Shown in pieces: positions 52,080 through 61,685 of a stretch of 64,000 bases of DNA. The notes beneath the pieces were generated by a model, which had not been told where the DNA came from, ran no database searches, and saw only the letters and a list, made by a program, of their open reading frames with translations. Made by a program: the position numbers and the translations under genes. Numbering within the stretch: position 1 is the stretch's first letter; each line of letters opens with the position of its first letter. This stretch comes from Deltaproteobacteria bacterium (lineage in GTDB: Bacteria > Myxococcota > Kuafuiibacteriia > Kuafuiibacteriales > Kuafuiibacteriaceae): assembly GCA_040218735.1 (NCBI GenBank), contig JAVJQW010000049.1, forward strand, positions 32,001-96,000. The letters are read 5' to 3'.

Positions 52080-53395
52080 TGAAGCTGTCCAGGCGCACGT
52101 TGCTCAAAGGCGCGCTCGGCGGCGCGACGGTGACCGTGGGGTTGCCGGCGCTGGAGTGCATGTTGAACACCCACGGCACCGCGCTCGCGAACGGGACGCT
52201 GCCGAAGCGGTTCGGGATCTGGTTCTGGGGGAACGGTGTGCTCCCCACGCAGTGGGTGCCGACGGGCGAGGGCACGGAGTGGACGCTGTCGGATCAGCTC
52301 TCGCCGCTCGCGGACGTGAAGGACGACATCTCCGTCGTCAGCGGGATGTCGGTGAAGACCGGCAACGCGATCCCGCACGGCTCGGGCCCAGGCGGGATCT
52401 TCTCGGGCGCGCCGCTGATCCTGCAGGGCGGGGAGGAGTACACGTTCTCCACGCCGAGCATCGACCAGTTCATCGCGCGGGAGATCGGCGGCGAGACGCG
52501 CTTCCGTTCCCTGGAGCTCGGCGCGAAGCCGGGGCCGGGGCTGTCGTTCAACGGACCGAACAGCAAGAACCCGCCGGAGTCCTCGCCGCGCCGGTTCTTC
52601 GACCGCATCTTCGGCGGCAACTTCACGCTGCCGGGTGACGACCCGACGCCGGACCCGCGGCTGAGGCTGCGCCGGAGCGTGCTGGACGCGGTGATGGGCG
52701 ACGTCGGTCGTTTGAACGCGCGGCTGTCGATGCACGACAAGCAGCGCCTCGATCAGCACCTCACGGGCATTCGCGATCTCGAGCGGCGCCTGCAGCGCCT
52801 CGAAGAGAACCCCCCTTCGCTCGAATCGTGTGCGCTCCCGGATCGGCCGGCGGAGACGTTCCCGGACGTCGACGGGCGGCCGCCGATGCCCGAGATCGCG
52901 CGGGCGATGGCGGACGTGTTGGCGTTGGCGCTCGCGTGTGACCAGACGCGGGTCTTCTCGTTCTGGTTCACGTACCCGGTGAACAACGTGCTGTTCCCCG
53001 GGATGCCCGCGGGGCACCACCGCCTGACCCACGACGAGCCGGGGGAGCAGCCGATGGTGAACGACATCGTCAAGCTGATCACCACGGAGCTCGCGTACTT
53101 CGTCGCGCGCCTCAAGAGCATCCCGGAGGGCGACGCCACGCTGCTCGACAGCTGCGCGGTGCTCGCGACGTCCGACACCTCTTGGGGCCGAAACCACACG
53201 CTCGACGACTACCCGATCGTCATCGCGGGCAACGCGTGCGGCGCGCTGAAGAAGGGCGTGCACTACCGCTCGCCGTCGAACGAGAACGCCACGATGGTGT
53301 TGTTGTCGCTGGTGCGCGCGATGGGGATTCCGGCGGCGGAGTACGGCGCGGAGGCCGGGCACGTCGACCGCAGCCTGGGGGCGATCGAAGCATGA
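52076..53395 (+). CDS. DUF1552 domain protein (Tat substrate)
   Basis: LSRRTLLKG, LPALE, SIDQ, SVLD, ALACDQTRV and HHRLTH. Confidence 0.92.
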   Translation: MMKLSRRTLLKGALGGATVTVGLPALECMLNTHGTALANGTLPKRFGIWFWGNGVLPTQWVPTGEGTEWTLSDQLSPLADVKDDISVVSGMSVKTGNAIPHGSGPGGIFSGAPLILQGGEEYTFSTPSIDQFIAREIGGETRFRSLELGAKPGPGLSFNGPNSKNPPESSPRRFFDRIFGGNFTLPGDDPTPDPRLRLRRSVLDAVMGDVGRLNARLSMHDKQRLDQHLTGIRDLERRLQRLEENPPSLESCALPDRPAETFPDVDGRPPMPEIARAMADVLALALACDQTRVFSFWFTYPVNNVLFPGMPAGHHRLTHDEPGEQPMVNDIVKLITTELAYFVARLKSIPEGDATLLDSCAVLATSDTSWGRNHTLDDYPIVIAGNACGALKKGVHYRSPSNENATMVLLSLVRAMGIPAAEYGAEAGHVDRSLGAIEA

Positions 53396-54210
53396 GGCGC
53401 TTCACGTGGACGTTGGTGTTCGGGCTCGCCGCGTGCGGCGGGACGGCGGTCGAGCCGGGGCCGACGCGGTCTTCGGTGTTCAGCGTGGTGTCGTTCGAGC
53501 GGGAGGCGGACGGTGTGTCGGCGGGGATGAACCTCGACGGCTACGTCAGCACCACCAACGACGATCGCGCGTGTAAGAAGGAGGACTTCCTCGCGCCGGA
53601 CGGCACCGAGGGGGTCGACAACCAGCTCGCGACGCTGCTCCCGCTGATCGATCTCGTGGGCGAGAACGCGGTGGAGGAGATCCTCCAGATCGCGGTCGAC
53701 GAAGGGCGCCTGCTCATCGTAGCGGACCTCGCGATAGCGGAGGACGGCACGGCGACGGTCGACATCCTGCGCGGGCAGGACGTCCCACTGCTCGGCACGG
53801 ACGGACGCATCCTCGGCGGGCAGACGCTCGGGCTTTCGGACGAGCCCCCGCTGGGATCGACGGAAGGCGCGATGGTCGACGCGGATACACTCGAGACCGC
53901 GCCGTTCAACCTGCGCTTCCCGGTGCTCGTCTTCACGCAGCTGTACGAGGTCACGTTCGAGGACGCCGTGGTTCGGTTCGAGCTGGACGAAGCGGGCCAC
54001 GTGAAGAGCGGCCTCATGGCCGGCGGTGTGCCGATCGTGGAGCTGATCGACCTGTTGGAGACGGCCGCGAACTTCGGTCAGGACTTCGCGGATCTCTTCG
54101 GCGACGCCGTGCGTGAGTCCGGCGACCTCGCGCGGGCGTCCGACGGCACCTGCCAGAACATGTCGGCGTCGATCTCCTTCGAGGCGGTCCCGACGTTCAA
54201 GTTCAGGTAG
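53392..54210 (+). CDS. Hypothetical lipoprotein
   Basis: LAAC lipobox; GMNLDG...GVDNQL motif common in myxobacterial lipoproteins. Confidence 0.75.
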   Translation: MRRFTWTLVFGLAACGGTAVEPGPTRSSVFSVVSFEREADGVSAGMNLDGYVSTTNDDRACKKEDFLAPDGTEGVDNQLATLLPLIDLVGENAVEEILQIAVDEGRLLIVADLAIAEDGTATVDILRGQDVPLLGTDGRILGGQTLGLSDEPPLGSTEGAMVDADTLETAPFNLRFPVLVFTQLYEVTFEDAVVRFELDEAGHVKSGLMAGGVPIVELIDLLETAANFGQDFADLFGDAVRESGDLARASDGTCQNMSASISFEAVPTFKFR

Positions 54211-54220
54211 GCTGGGGCGC

Positions 54221-54604
54221 ATGAACGACGACGCGCCGGACAACGACGACAAGAGCCTGACGCGCGCCTTCTTCGAGGACCGGATCCCCCGCGCGATCTT
54301 CGACAACCGCACGATGTTCGAGCTGCTGCGGGGGAGCATCTGCATCGCCGTGAAGGACGAGGGGGCCTGGACGCTGCGGTTCGGTTCCACGAACCCGGGG
54401 TTCTTCACCGAGGAGCTCGACGAGTCCGCGGACTGCGTCTTGGAGTTCGAGCGGGTGGCGTTCGAGAAGGTGCTCCGGAGCGAGCCGCTCGAGCCCCAGG
54501 ACGAGCCTCGGATGTGGGGCGAGGACAAGATGCTCAAGGCGTTCGGGAAGCTCCTGGACCAGGGCGCCAAGGGGCAGCTCGGCATCCGCACTTCGAGGGA
54601 ATGA
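54221..54604 (+). CDS. SCP2 sterol/lipid-carrier-like protein
   Basis: GAWTLRF...ADCVLEF...WGE pattern. Confidence 0.55.
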   Translation: MNDDAPDNDDKSLTRAFFEDRIPRAIFDNRTMFELLRGSICIAVKDEGAWTLRFGSTNPGFFTEELDESADCVLEFERVAFEKVLRSEPLEPQDEPRMWGEDKMLKAFGKLLDQGAKGQLGIRTSRE

Positions 54605-54930
54605 GCGGCTTCGATCTCGAGCGACACGTCACGCGGGCGCTCGCCGAAGTGCTGCGTTCGCGGCTCGGCGCGGCGCCGATGCCGGGGCGCGTGGTCGTCG
54701 CGATCGAAGCGGTCGAGGCGGGGCTGTGGTTCTTCGAGATCGAGGGGAGCGGGGCGCGGCTCGTCGGGGAGGTGACGCCGATCGACGCGACGCTCCGCGC
54801 GCATCGTCTGGACTGGGTCGATCTGTTCGAGGGCGTGGCGTCGATGAAGGCCGCGCTGGTCGACGGGCGGCTGGAGCTCGAAGGGGACGTCGCGGTCGCG
54901 AGCCGCGTGTGCCGCGCGATCTTCGACTGA
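54601..54930 (+). CDS. SCP2 sterol-binding domain protein
   Basis: DATLR...DWVDLFEG...ALVDGRLELEGD. Confidence 0.75.
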   Translation: MSGFDLERHVTRALAEVLRSRLGAAPMPGRVVVAIEAVEAGLWFFEIEGSGARLVGEVTPIDATLRAHRLDWVDLFEGVASMKAALVDGRLELEGDVAVASRVCRAIFD

Positions 54931-54935
54931 CGCCC

Positions 54936-54976
54936 AAAAGAAAGAGCGCCCCTCGCCGACGCGGCGAGGAGCGCTC
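54936..54976 (-). terminator. Rho-independent terminator for the 55090-56367 transcript
   Basis: GAGCGC(T)CCTCGCCG hairpin followed by TTTCTTTT on the minus strand. Confidence 0.75.
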
Positions 54977-55089
54977 GTTCAGATCAAGGCTTGCGTGGGG
55001 CTAGGCTGAGGCCGGTCGCGAGAGCGACCGGTCCGAGGCCTGTGCCTAGGGCCTCCGCGTAGCGGAGGTGGCGTGAAAGGCCTAGCGCT

Positions 55090-56367
55090 TCACGCGGGCG
55101 GGTTGAGCGCGTCGATCGAACGCTCGGTGCGGTCGAGGTCGCCGCCGAAGGTGCGCATCAGCGCGCGGTGCACGTCCTGACGCTGGTCGGTGCAGATGAA
55201 GCCGCGCTCCGCCGTACGGCCGCGCGACAGGTAACGGCTGACCGCCGCGTACGTCGTGCGGATGGCCGTGGCCTCCGCCTGGTTGCCCTGGGCCTCCTGA
55301 GCCGACGCGCGGCGCTCGACGTCGCGCGGGCCGTTGATGCTGCGGCGACCGCCGTCGTAGAGGAGCTCCATCGCGTAGGCGACCTTCGACGCAAACGCCG
55401 CTTCGCTGCGGAAGTTGGCGGACGTGTCGATGTCGTTGATGCGCTGCATCCGGGTGCCGGTCAGGAGCGCGTCGGCGTTCGAGCTGTCGGAGCGCGCCGA
55501 AGCGATCTCGTCACGCGTCAGGTAGCCCTTGTCGCCGGCGCGGCGCTCGTAGATGCCGTTGAGGTCCTTCTCGAGCTTCGCGAGGTTCGCCGCCGTCGGG
55601 ACGAACGCGAGGACGCCGTTCGACGTGGACTGGTTGCGGTGCGCGCCGTAGCGGGCGGCCTGCAGGAGCACCTGGACGATCGAGTCGGAGATGCCGTTCG
55701 CGGACATCGTGCGCTCGAGCGAGCCGGGCTGGCCGCCCTCGGACGCGAAGGTCACGACCTCACGCATCTGACGCGTCCAGCGGGTCTCGCTGTTCGAGGC
55801 GGGCTCGAGCGTGGTCGCCTTCGCGAGGAGCGCGACGATCGCCTTGTTGGCCGAGCGGATGTCGTCCAGCGTCTTGGCGCCGGCCGGAATCGACGGGGCC
55901 ACCGGAGCGGTCGGCGCGGTCGGGGCGGCGGGGGCGCTCGGCGCGGTCTGGCCGGCGTTGCTGCTGGGGCGGCTCGGCTTGCTCGAGGAGCCCGGGGCGC
56001 CGTCGGTCGCGTGGAAGCGGCCCATCTGCTGCAGGAAGTAGTCGCGCGACTTCGTGGACGTGAAGTCGACCGCGCGCTCCTTCTTGCCCGTGACCTCCAT
56101 GGACACGTTCTGGCGCATGTCGTCCGCCTTCACGTAGAGCGGGCGGAGCGCGGCGGCCTCGGCCTTCGACCAGCGGCGGGCGCCGGGCGTGACGGCGCGG
56201 TCACGGAGCTGCGGGGCGCGGACGAGCTCGTCCGTGTCCTTCTCGCTCCAGCCGCCGCGGAGGTTGTTGTACGTGAGTGTCGCGACGCTCTTGTCCGCGC
56301 GAGCGCTCTCGAACTGGGGGTTCGCGGCGCCGATTTGAGTCTTGACGGTGGTCGTGCTGAAAGCCAT
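55090..56367 (-). CDS. Hypothetical protein, two domains joined by a Pro/Ala linker
   Basis: Strong GAGGAG RBS, strong codon bias, own terminator; no Sec signal. Confidence 0.85.
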   Translation of the reverse strand: MAFSTTTVKTQIGAANPQFESARADKSVATLTYNNLRGGWSEKDTDELVRAPQLRDRAVTPGARRWSKAEAAALRPLYVKADDMRQNVSMEVTGKKERAVDFTSTKSRDYFLQQMGRFHATDGAPGSSSKPSRPSSNAGQTAPSAPAAPTAPTAPVAPSIPAGAKTLDDIRSANKAIVALLAKATTLEPASNSETRWTRQMREVVTFASEGGQPGSLERTMSANGISDSIVQVLLQAARYGAHRNQSTSNGVLAFVPTAANLAKLEKDLNGIYERRAGDKGYLTRDEIASARSDSSNADALLTGTRMQRINDIDTSANFRSEAAFASKVAYAMELLYDGGRRSINGPRDVERRASAQEAQGNQAEATAIRTTYAAVSRYLSRGRTAERGFICTDQRQDVHRALMRTFGGDLDRTERSIDALNPPA

Positions 56368-56447
56368 TTCTTCGTCTCCTCAGGGCGATTGAGCCCTGTT
56401 CCTCCTGGCACTTGAGCAGACGGTGCGTCCTCGGCGTGCCTGATAGC

Positions 56448-56586
56448 GTTCGGTGCAATGTTCGGTGCAACTGTCGGTAGGAGACTTACTTGCTCCCACC
56501 TTGCAGGGATATGTATCGCGGGGTGAGACAATTTGTTGTGTGACAGAACACGTCACACAGGGTCCGTGTTCAGGAAGTCACAGGAA
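56448..56586. promoter_or_regulatory. Divergent control region with direct and inverted repeats
   Basis: GTTCGGTGCAA x2 (12-bp period); TGTGTGAC-N7-GTCACACA (56537-56559); CAGGAA x2. Confidence 0.55.
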
Positions 56587-56665
56587 ACGCTCGGGTTTCC
56601 TCCACCAAAAAAATTTGGGCGCCCTACGGACGAACCCCGCAGCGGTTCCGCGCGATAATGTAGGC

Positions 56666-59600
56666 ATGCCGCGCCCGGGCCCCAACGCGCCGCTCTCGTG
56701 GCAGCGGCCGACCGTCCCGACGCGGTCGGAGGCCGAGGCGGTCACGTCCGGGGTCGAGACCGAGCTCCTCGAGCGCGTCGACGAGCTCAAGGAGCGCATC
56801 GGGACGGGGCAGGAGATGGGCGGGGAGGCGGGTGGCCCCGACGTCAACCTGCGCCGTGACGCGCTGTCGGCGCTCCGCGCGAAGTACGACGCGCAGGCGC
56901 TCGAAGCGCGGCTCCCCAAGCGGGGCCGCCGGGTGTTCACGAACCTCGTCAAGGACCTCGCGTGGATCGACGCCGCGGAGCGCCAGTCTTTGACCGACGG
57001 CAAGCCGTTCGACTTCTCGTGGTCGAAGAACCCGATGAGCACCGCCTCCGTGCTCACCCAACTCGCGGCCAAGCGCGCGACGTTCGCGGCCGAGCAGACG
57101 GCGGCCATCCAAGCCAACCCCGCGCTCCCCTACGATGCGAGCAACGACTCGCTCCTCGGGCCGCTCCAGGTCGACGACAAAAATCTCGCGGGGCAGATCC
57201 TCGCCGACACCCTCATTCAGTTCCGAGCCAAGCGCCGCAGCGAAGCGCTGATGGACCAGTCCCTCACGCCCGACCCGGAGCGCCGCTCGCAGGGGCGCAT
57301 CGGATCGTCGGGCACGGTCAGCGCGTTCGAGCAGCGCCTCGCCGCCCAGTCGATCGACTCGGGGCGCGGCCTCGCCCCGCAGCGGCTGTACGCGCTGGGG
57401 CGGCTGACGATCGGCGGGGCGGTCGCCGGCTCCGTCAACGGGATCTACAAGGGGCGCAACTCGGTCGGATCGTTGCCGGGGTTCATGGGGCGCGGCGTAG
57501 CGTACGACCCCGTCGCCGAGGGGGCGGGCTTTTCGGCCAACTTCCACGACGCCATCCACAAGAGCTACTCCGCGAACACCCCGGCGGCGGTCGAGCACTA
57601 CGTCAAACACCGCGCGTTCACGGGCGGCGACGTCGAGGACCGCCCGTTCATCATGCGCGACCTCGTCGATGCGGCGCTCGAGCGCGACGTCGACAAGGCG
57701 CGTTTGATCCTGGACGGCGTCGAGCGCCGCTTCGGCTACACGGTGCCGGGCCTCGACGGCATCACGAAACACGAGGACCTGAAGAAGGCGATCGCGAAGC
57801 ACTTCAAGAAGAACACGGATCTCCCCGGCCTCAAGACCGCGAAGCTCGTCGGCGTCCTCAAGGCGCTCTCGCTGATCTCGACGACGTACCAGGCCATCGT
57901 GCTCGACCGGCCCACGGTGCGTGAGCTGCGTGGGTCGATGTTCTTCGCGAAGAGCGCCGAGCTCGACGTCGCGCGGCTCGTCGCCGCGATGGAGAAGGGC
58001 GACACCACGGCGCAGATCGAAGCGGTCGGGCGCGCGCGCAAAGCGCTGAAGAAGGCGTTCTTCGAGCTCGACGACGGCTACGAACGGCAGATGCTGTGGC
58101 GCCTCGATCGTCGCATCGAGCTGCTCGCGACGGAGCTGATCGGCACCTCCGTCGACCGCGTGCTCTCGGGGGAGGCGGACGTCGGCGAGGCCCTCGTCGC
58201 GCTCCGCTCCGCGCTCCGCAACGTCAACGCGAGCGGCTACGACGCGCTCCGCGGACGCAAGAAGACGGCGCCGGTCGAGGACCTGTCGAAGCTCGAGAAG
58301 GAGGTCGACCGCCTGATCGGCTCCGGCGAGACAACCGTCGAGGACCTCCGGGCGCTGATGACGAAGGTCTTTGCGTCGGCGACCGAAGTGACGGACGCGA
58401 TGTCGATCTACTTCGCGCGCCGGGAGTCGGCGATTCGGTTCTCGCCCATCGACGTCGAGCTCGACCCGGACTTCACGGGCAACCTCGTGAAGGAGTCGCC
58501 GCTGCAGCACCTCCTCAGCCTGTCGAACCACCTGCGCACGCTCGACATGAAGACGGACATCAGCGCCGAGCAGATCCGCTTCGTCGGCGGGATGCGGGTG
58601 CTGAACTCCACGGGGCCGCGCGTCTACAAACGCATCCTCGTCGCGAAGACCCCTGAGGCGCTCAAGCGCTACGCGCCGACCGTCGACGACCTGTGCGTCG
58701 TGCGCTCCGCCGACGAGAAGAACCTCGTGTACGACGGCGGCCTCGTGCTCGACACCAAGGACGCCGGACCGGGCCTCGCGCACGCCGCGGTGTTCGCGAA
58801 GGGGCACGGCATCAACGCGATCGCGCTGCCGAACCTCGACGAGGCGATCGAGACGTTCTTCGACAAGGCGAAGGGCGACGGACCGCACCTCGGCTTCTAC
58901 GTCGACCCGCGCGCCGAGAGCTTCGTGATCAAGCCGCTCTCCGCTGCGGTGAACGAGGGTCTGGTGAAGCCGGCGCAGATCGACACACTTCGCCCGGGGT
59001 TCAACCTGGAGATCGACGTGTTCGACGTGAACGACGCCGCCGAGCGCGTGCGGATCGCGGAGCACACGCTGCACCGCTCCGACCAGCACGAGACCCGGAG
59101 CATCGAGCTCATCGCGCCGGACCTCGACGACGCGCTCGACCTCGGCGGACCCGCGTCGTTTTCGAAGCTCGGCGCTTTCTCGATCGATCAGGTGCGGCAG
59201 GTGAGCGGGGAGAAGGGCGCGGTGCTCGTGGACCTCGCGAAGTCGGAGCGTCTGAAGGCGCTCGGCGTGAAGGTCCCGGACGGCGGCTCGGTCCCGCCGT
59301 TCTCCGTGGCTTCGTTGCTGCTCGAGGCGAAGGTCGGATCGAAGTCGCTCCTCGAGCTGTGGGACGCGGCGCCGGCGCGCGCTGGGTTCGACGATCCGAA
59401 GAAACGCCCGACGCAGCTGAAGAACCTGAAGAAGACCACCGCGACCGCGCTGAAGGGCGCGTTGCTCGACGGCAACAACCCCACCGCGCTGGGGCAACGC
59501 ATGCTCGCCCAGCTCTCGGACGCCCTGGATCTGAAGGACACCGACGACTGGATCTTCCGTTCGAGCTTCACCGCGGAGGACCGCCCCAACAAGAGCGGCG

Positions 59601-60130
59601 CCGGTCAGTACGACTCCGTGCTCGTCGCCGCGAAGCCGAAGCGCACCCTCGCCAAGCGCCGCCTGGAGGCGATCGCCGACGTGATCGCTTCGGCCTGGAA
59701 CCCCTCCGCGGTCGAGAGCAACCTCGCCGCGAACGTTCCGTTGGATCTCGTGTGGCCGAGCATCGTCGTGCAGCACGCGATCGACGACCCAACGGTGAGC
59801 GGCGTCGGTGTGTCGCGCGGCGCGACGGGGGGCTTCGGGGAGGTGAGCTACCAGGCCACCCCCGAGTTCGGCGGCGGCGTGGCCGGCGGTGACTGTGAAG
59901 AGGGCACCCTCGGAGCGCGGGACCAACGTGTCCTGACCGGCTTCGGCGGGCAGGACACGTCACTCCTCACGCCGAAGCAGCAGGGGCTGCTGCGCGACGC
60001 GATCCTCGCCATCGAGGAGGACTTCCACGAACGCATCGAGCCGGGGCAGGGACACGCGGTCGACGTGGAGTGGGCGTTCGTGAAGGACCAGCTCTACATC
60101 CTACAGGCGCGCGTCATCACCGGCGTGTAA
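56666..60130 (+). CDS. PEP-utilising-family dikinase with glucan-water-dikinase-like domain order
   Basis: His-swivel GPGLAHAAVFAKGHGI precedes the C-terminal ATP-grasp domain (GEKG, VPDG, RSSFTAED, GAGQYDS, VVQ, SGV, DVEWA, LYILQAR). Confidence 0.85.
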   Translation: MPRPGPNAPLSWQRPTVPTRSEAEAVTSGVETELLERVDELKERIGTGQEMGGEAGGPDVNLRRDALSALRAKYDAQALEARLPKRGRRVFTNLVKDLAWIDAAERQSLTDGKPFDFSWSKNPMSTASVLTQLAAKRATFAAEQTAAIQANPALPYDASNDSLLGPLQVDDKNLAGQILADTLIQFRAKRRSEALMDQSLTPDPERRSQGRIGSSGTVSAFEQRLAAQSIDSGRGLAPQRLYALGRLTIGGAVAGSVNGIYKGRNSVGSLPGFMGRGVAYDPVAEGAGFSANFHDAIHKSYSANTPAAVEHYVKHRAFTGGDVEDRPFIMRDLVDAALERDVDKARLILDGVERRFGYTVPGLDGITKHEDLKKAIAKHFKKNTDLPGLKTAKLVGVLKALSLISTTYQAIVLDRPTVRELRGSMFFAKSAELDVARLVAAMEKGDTTAQIEAVGRARKALKKAFFELDDGYERQMLWRLDRRIELLATELIGTSVDRVLSGEADVGEALVALRSALRNVNASGYDALRGRKKTAPVEDLSKLEKEVDRLIGSGETTVEDLRALMTKVFASATEVTDAMSIYFARRESAIRFSPIDVELDPDFTGNLVKESPLQHLLSLSNHLRTLDMKTDISAEQIRFVGGMRVLNSTGPRVYKRILVAKTPEALKRYAPTVDDLCVVRSADEKNLVYDGGLVLDTKDAGPGLAHAAVFAKGHGINAIALPNLDEAIETFFDKAKGDGPHLGFYVDPRAESFVIKPLSAAVNEGLVKPAQIDTLRPGFNLEIDVFDVNDAAERVRIAEHTLHRSDQHETRSIELIAPDLDDALDLGGPASFSKLGAFSIDQVRQVSGEKGAVLVDLAKSERLKALGVKVPDGGSVPPFSVASLLLEAKVGSKSLLELWDAAPARAGFDDPKKRPTQLKNLKKTTATALKGALLDGNNPTALGQRMLAQLSDALDLKDTDDWIFRSSFTAEDRPNKSGAGQYDSVLVAAKPKRTLAKRRLEAIADVIASAWNPSAVESNLAANVPLDLVWPSIVVQHAIDDPTVSGVGVSRGATGGFGEVSYQATPEFGGGVAGGDCEEGTLGARDQRVLTGFGGQDTSLLTPKQQGLLRDAILAIEEDFHERIEPGQGHAVDVEWAFVKDQLYILQARVITGV

Positions 60131-60139
60131 GCTCGGTGG

Positions 60140-61222
60140 GTGACCGAGCCGATCAACCTGCTGGAGCTGGAAGCGCTCGCGAAGAAGAAGCTCGCGCAGA
60201 ACGCGTTCGACTACTACGTCAGCGGCGCGCACGACGAGATCACCCTGCGCAACAACCGCGCGGCGTTCGATCGAATCGAGCTGATGTACCGCGTGCTCGT
60301 CGACGTCTCGACGCGTTCATTGGCGACGACCGCGTTGGGCCTGCCGATCGCGTTCCCGGTGATTGTCGCGCCGACGGCGTTCCACCGGATGGCGTGCGCC
60401 GACGGTGAGCTCGCGACCGCGCGCGCCGCGTCGAACGCGGGCACGGTCATGATCCTCAGCTCGCTGTCGAACACCCGCGTCGAGGAGGTCTGCGCCGAAG
60501 CCGATGGCCCGGTGTTCTTCCAGCAGTACATCTACAGGGACCGCGGCGCGACGAAGGCGCTGATGGAGCGCGCGGAGGCGGCGGGGGCGAAGGCGTTCGT
60601 CATCACCGTCGACGCCCCGAAGCTCGGCACCCGCGAGCGCGACGTGCGCAATCGCTTCCACCTCCCCGAGGGGCTCTCCGTCGAGAACATGGTCGCGGAG
60701 GGCTACGGCGAGGTCGCGGCCCCGCCGAACGACTCGGGGCTGTCGGCGTACTTCGCGTCGCTGATCGATCCGTCGTTTTCGTGGAAGGACCTCGACTGGC
60801 TGCGCTCGGTGACGTCGCTGCCGATCGTCCTCAAGGGGATCGTCCGCGAGGACGACGCAAAGCGCGCCGCCGAAGCGGGTGTGCAGGGCATCGTCGTCTC
60901 GAACCACGGCGGCCGACAGCTCGACACCTCCATCGCGACCATCGACGCGCTCCCCGGCGTGGTCGACGCCGTCGAGGGACGCGTGGAGGTCTTCATGGAC
61001 GGTGGCGTCCGCCGCGGTACGGACGTCCTCAAGGCGCTCGCCTTCGGCGCGCGCGCGGTGTTGATCGGGCGACCGATCCTCTGGGGCCTCGGCTACGCCG
61101 GTGAGGCGGGCGCGTCGCGCGCGCTCGAGATGCTGAAGGAGGAGCTCGACCTCGCGATGATGCTCGCCGGCGCGCCGACGGTCGCCGACGTCACCCGCGA
61201 TCTCATCCGCGTTTCTTCGTGA
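60140..61222 (+). CDS. FMN-dependent alpha-hydroxy-acid oxidase/dehydrogenase
   Basis: APTA, TVDAP..G.RE, LKGI, VSNHGGRQLD and DGGVRRGTD. Confidence 0.95.
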   Translation: MTEPINLLELEALAKKKLAQNAFDYYVSGAHDEITLRNNRAAFDRIELMYRVLVDVSTRSLATTALGLPIAFPVIVAPTAFHRMACADGELATARAASNAGTVMILSSLSNTRVEEVCAEADGPVFFQQYIYRDRGATKALMERAEAAGAKAFVITVDAPKLGTRERDVRNRFHLPEGLSVENMVAEGYGEVAAPPNDSGLSAYFASLIDPSFSWKDLDWLRSVTSLPIVLKGIVREDDAKRAAEAGVQGIVVSNHGGRQLDTSIATIDALPGVVDAVEGRVEVFMDGGVRRGTDVLKALAFGARAVLIGRPILWGLGYAGEAGASRALEMLKEELDLAMMLAGAPTVADVTRDLIRVSS

Positions 61223-61676
61223 ACGCGGCGAGGCCCTTCATCGCCTGACCGCGCACCTTGTTCTGTACGATCGGGCTCCAGCCGAGGAGCACACCCATGG
61301 GGCCGAGCGCCATGCGCGTCCACGCCCACATGTCGAACGTGTCGCGGTGCACCTTGATGAGGCCGTCCTCGATCTCGAAGCGCGCGTCGATCTTGTTGTG
61401 CACGAAGCGCCCGGTCGCGGAGAACGTGTACTTCGCCTCCCAGTGCGCGGTGACGATGCGTTCGCTCGCAACGACGTCGGAGTGGGTGACGACGAGATCC
61501 TTCCCGCGCTCGACGAGCATCCGCCACATGTTGCGAGCGCCCGCACCGTCGAGGTTCGTGAAGACCGGGTCCGAGAACTTCGCGTCGTCGCGGTAACACG
61601 ACGCCATCGTCTCGGCGTCCTTGTTCGCAAACGCTTCGTAGAATTTGTGGATCAGCTGCGCGTGGTCCGACGACAT
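61203..61676 (-). CDS. NTF2/SnoaL-like protein
   Basis: FYEAF..KD, FSDPVF, MWRML, HWEAKYTFSATGR.VHN and HRDTFD. Confidence 0.88.
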   Translation of the reverse strand: MSSDHAQLIHKFYEAFANKDAETMASCYRDDAKFSDPVFTNLDGAGARNMWRMLVERGKDLVVTHSDVVASERIVTAHWEAKYTFSATGRFVHNKIDARFEIEDGLIKVHRDTFDMWAWTRMALGPMGVLLGWSPIVQNKVRGQAMKGLAAFTKKRG

Positions 61677-61685
61677 GCCGGGCCT

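Noticed and set aside
56537-56559. CRP/FNR box
   Set aside because: TGTGA and TCACA are 9 nt apart rather than 6; kept only as a generic inverted repeat
56624-59926. 1100-aa antisense ORF and similar long shadow ORFs (e.g. 8070-10481, 38395-40263)
   Set aside because: Typical stop-poor antisense frames of high-GC genes with no domain motifs
56666-60130. Annotation as ppsA or rifampicin phosphotransferase
   Set aside because: The domain order is reversed and there is no PEP/pyruvate-binding barrel
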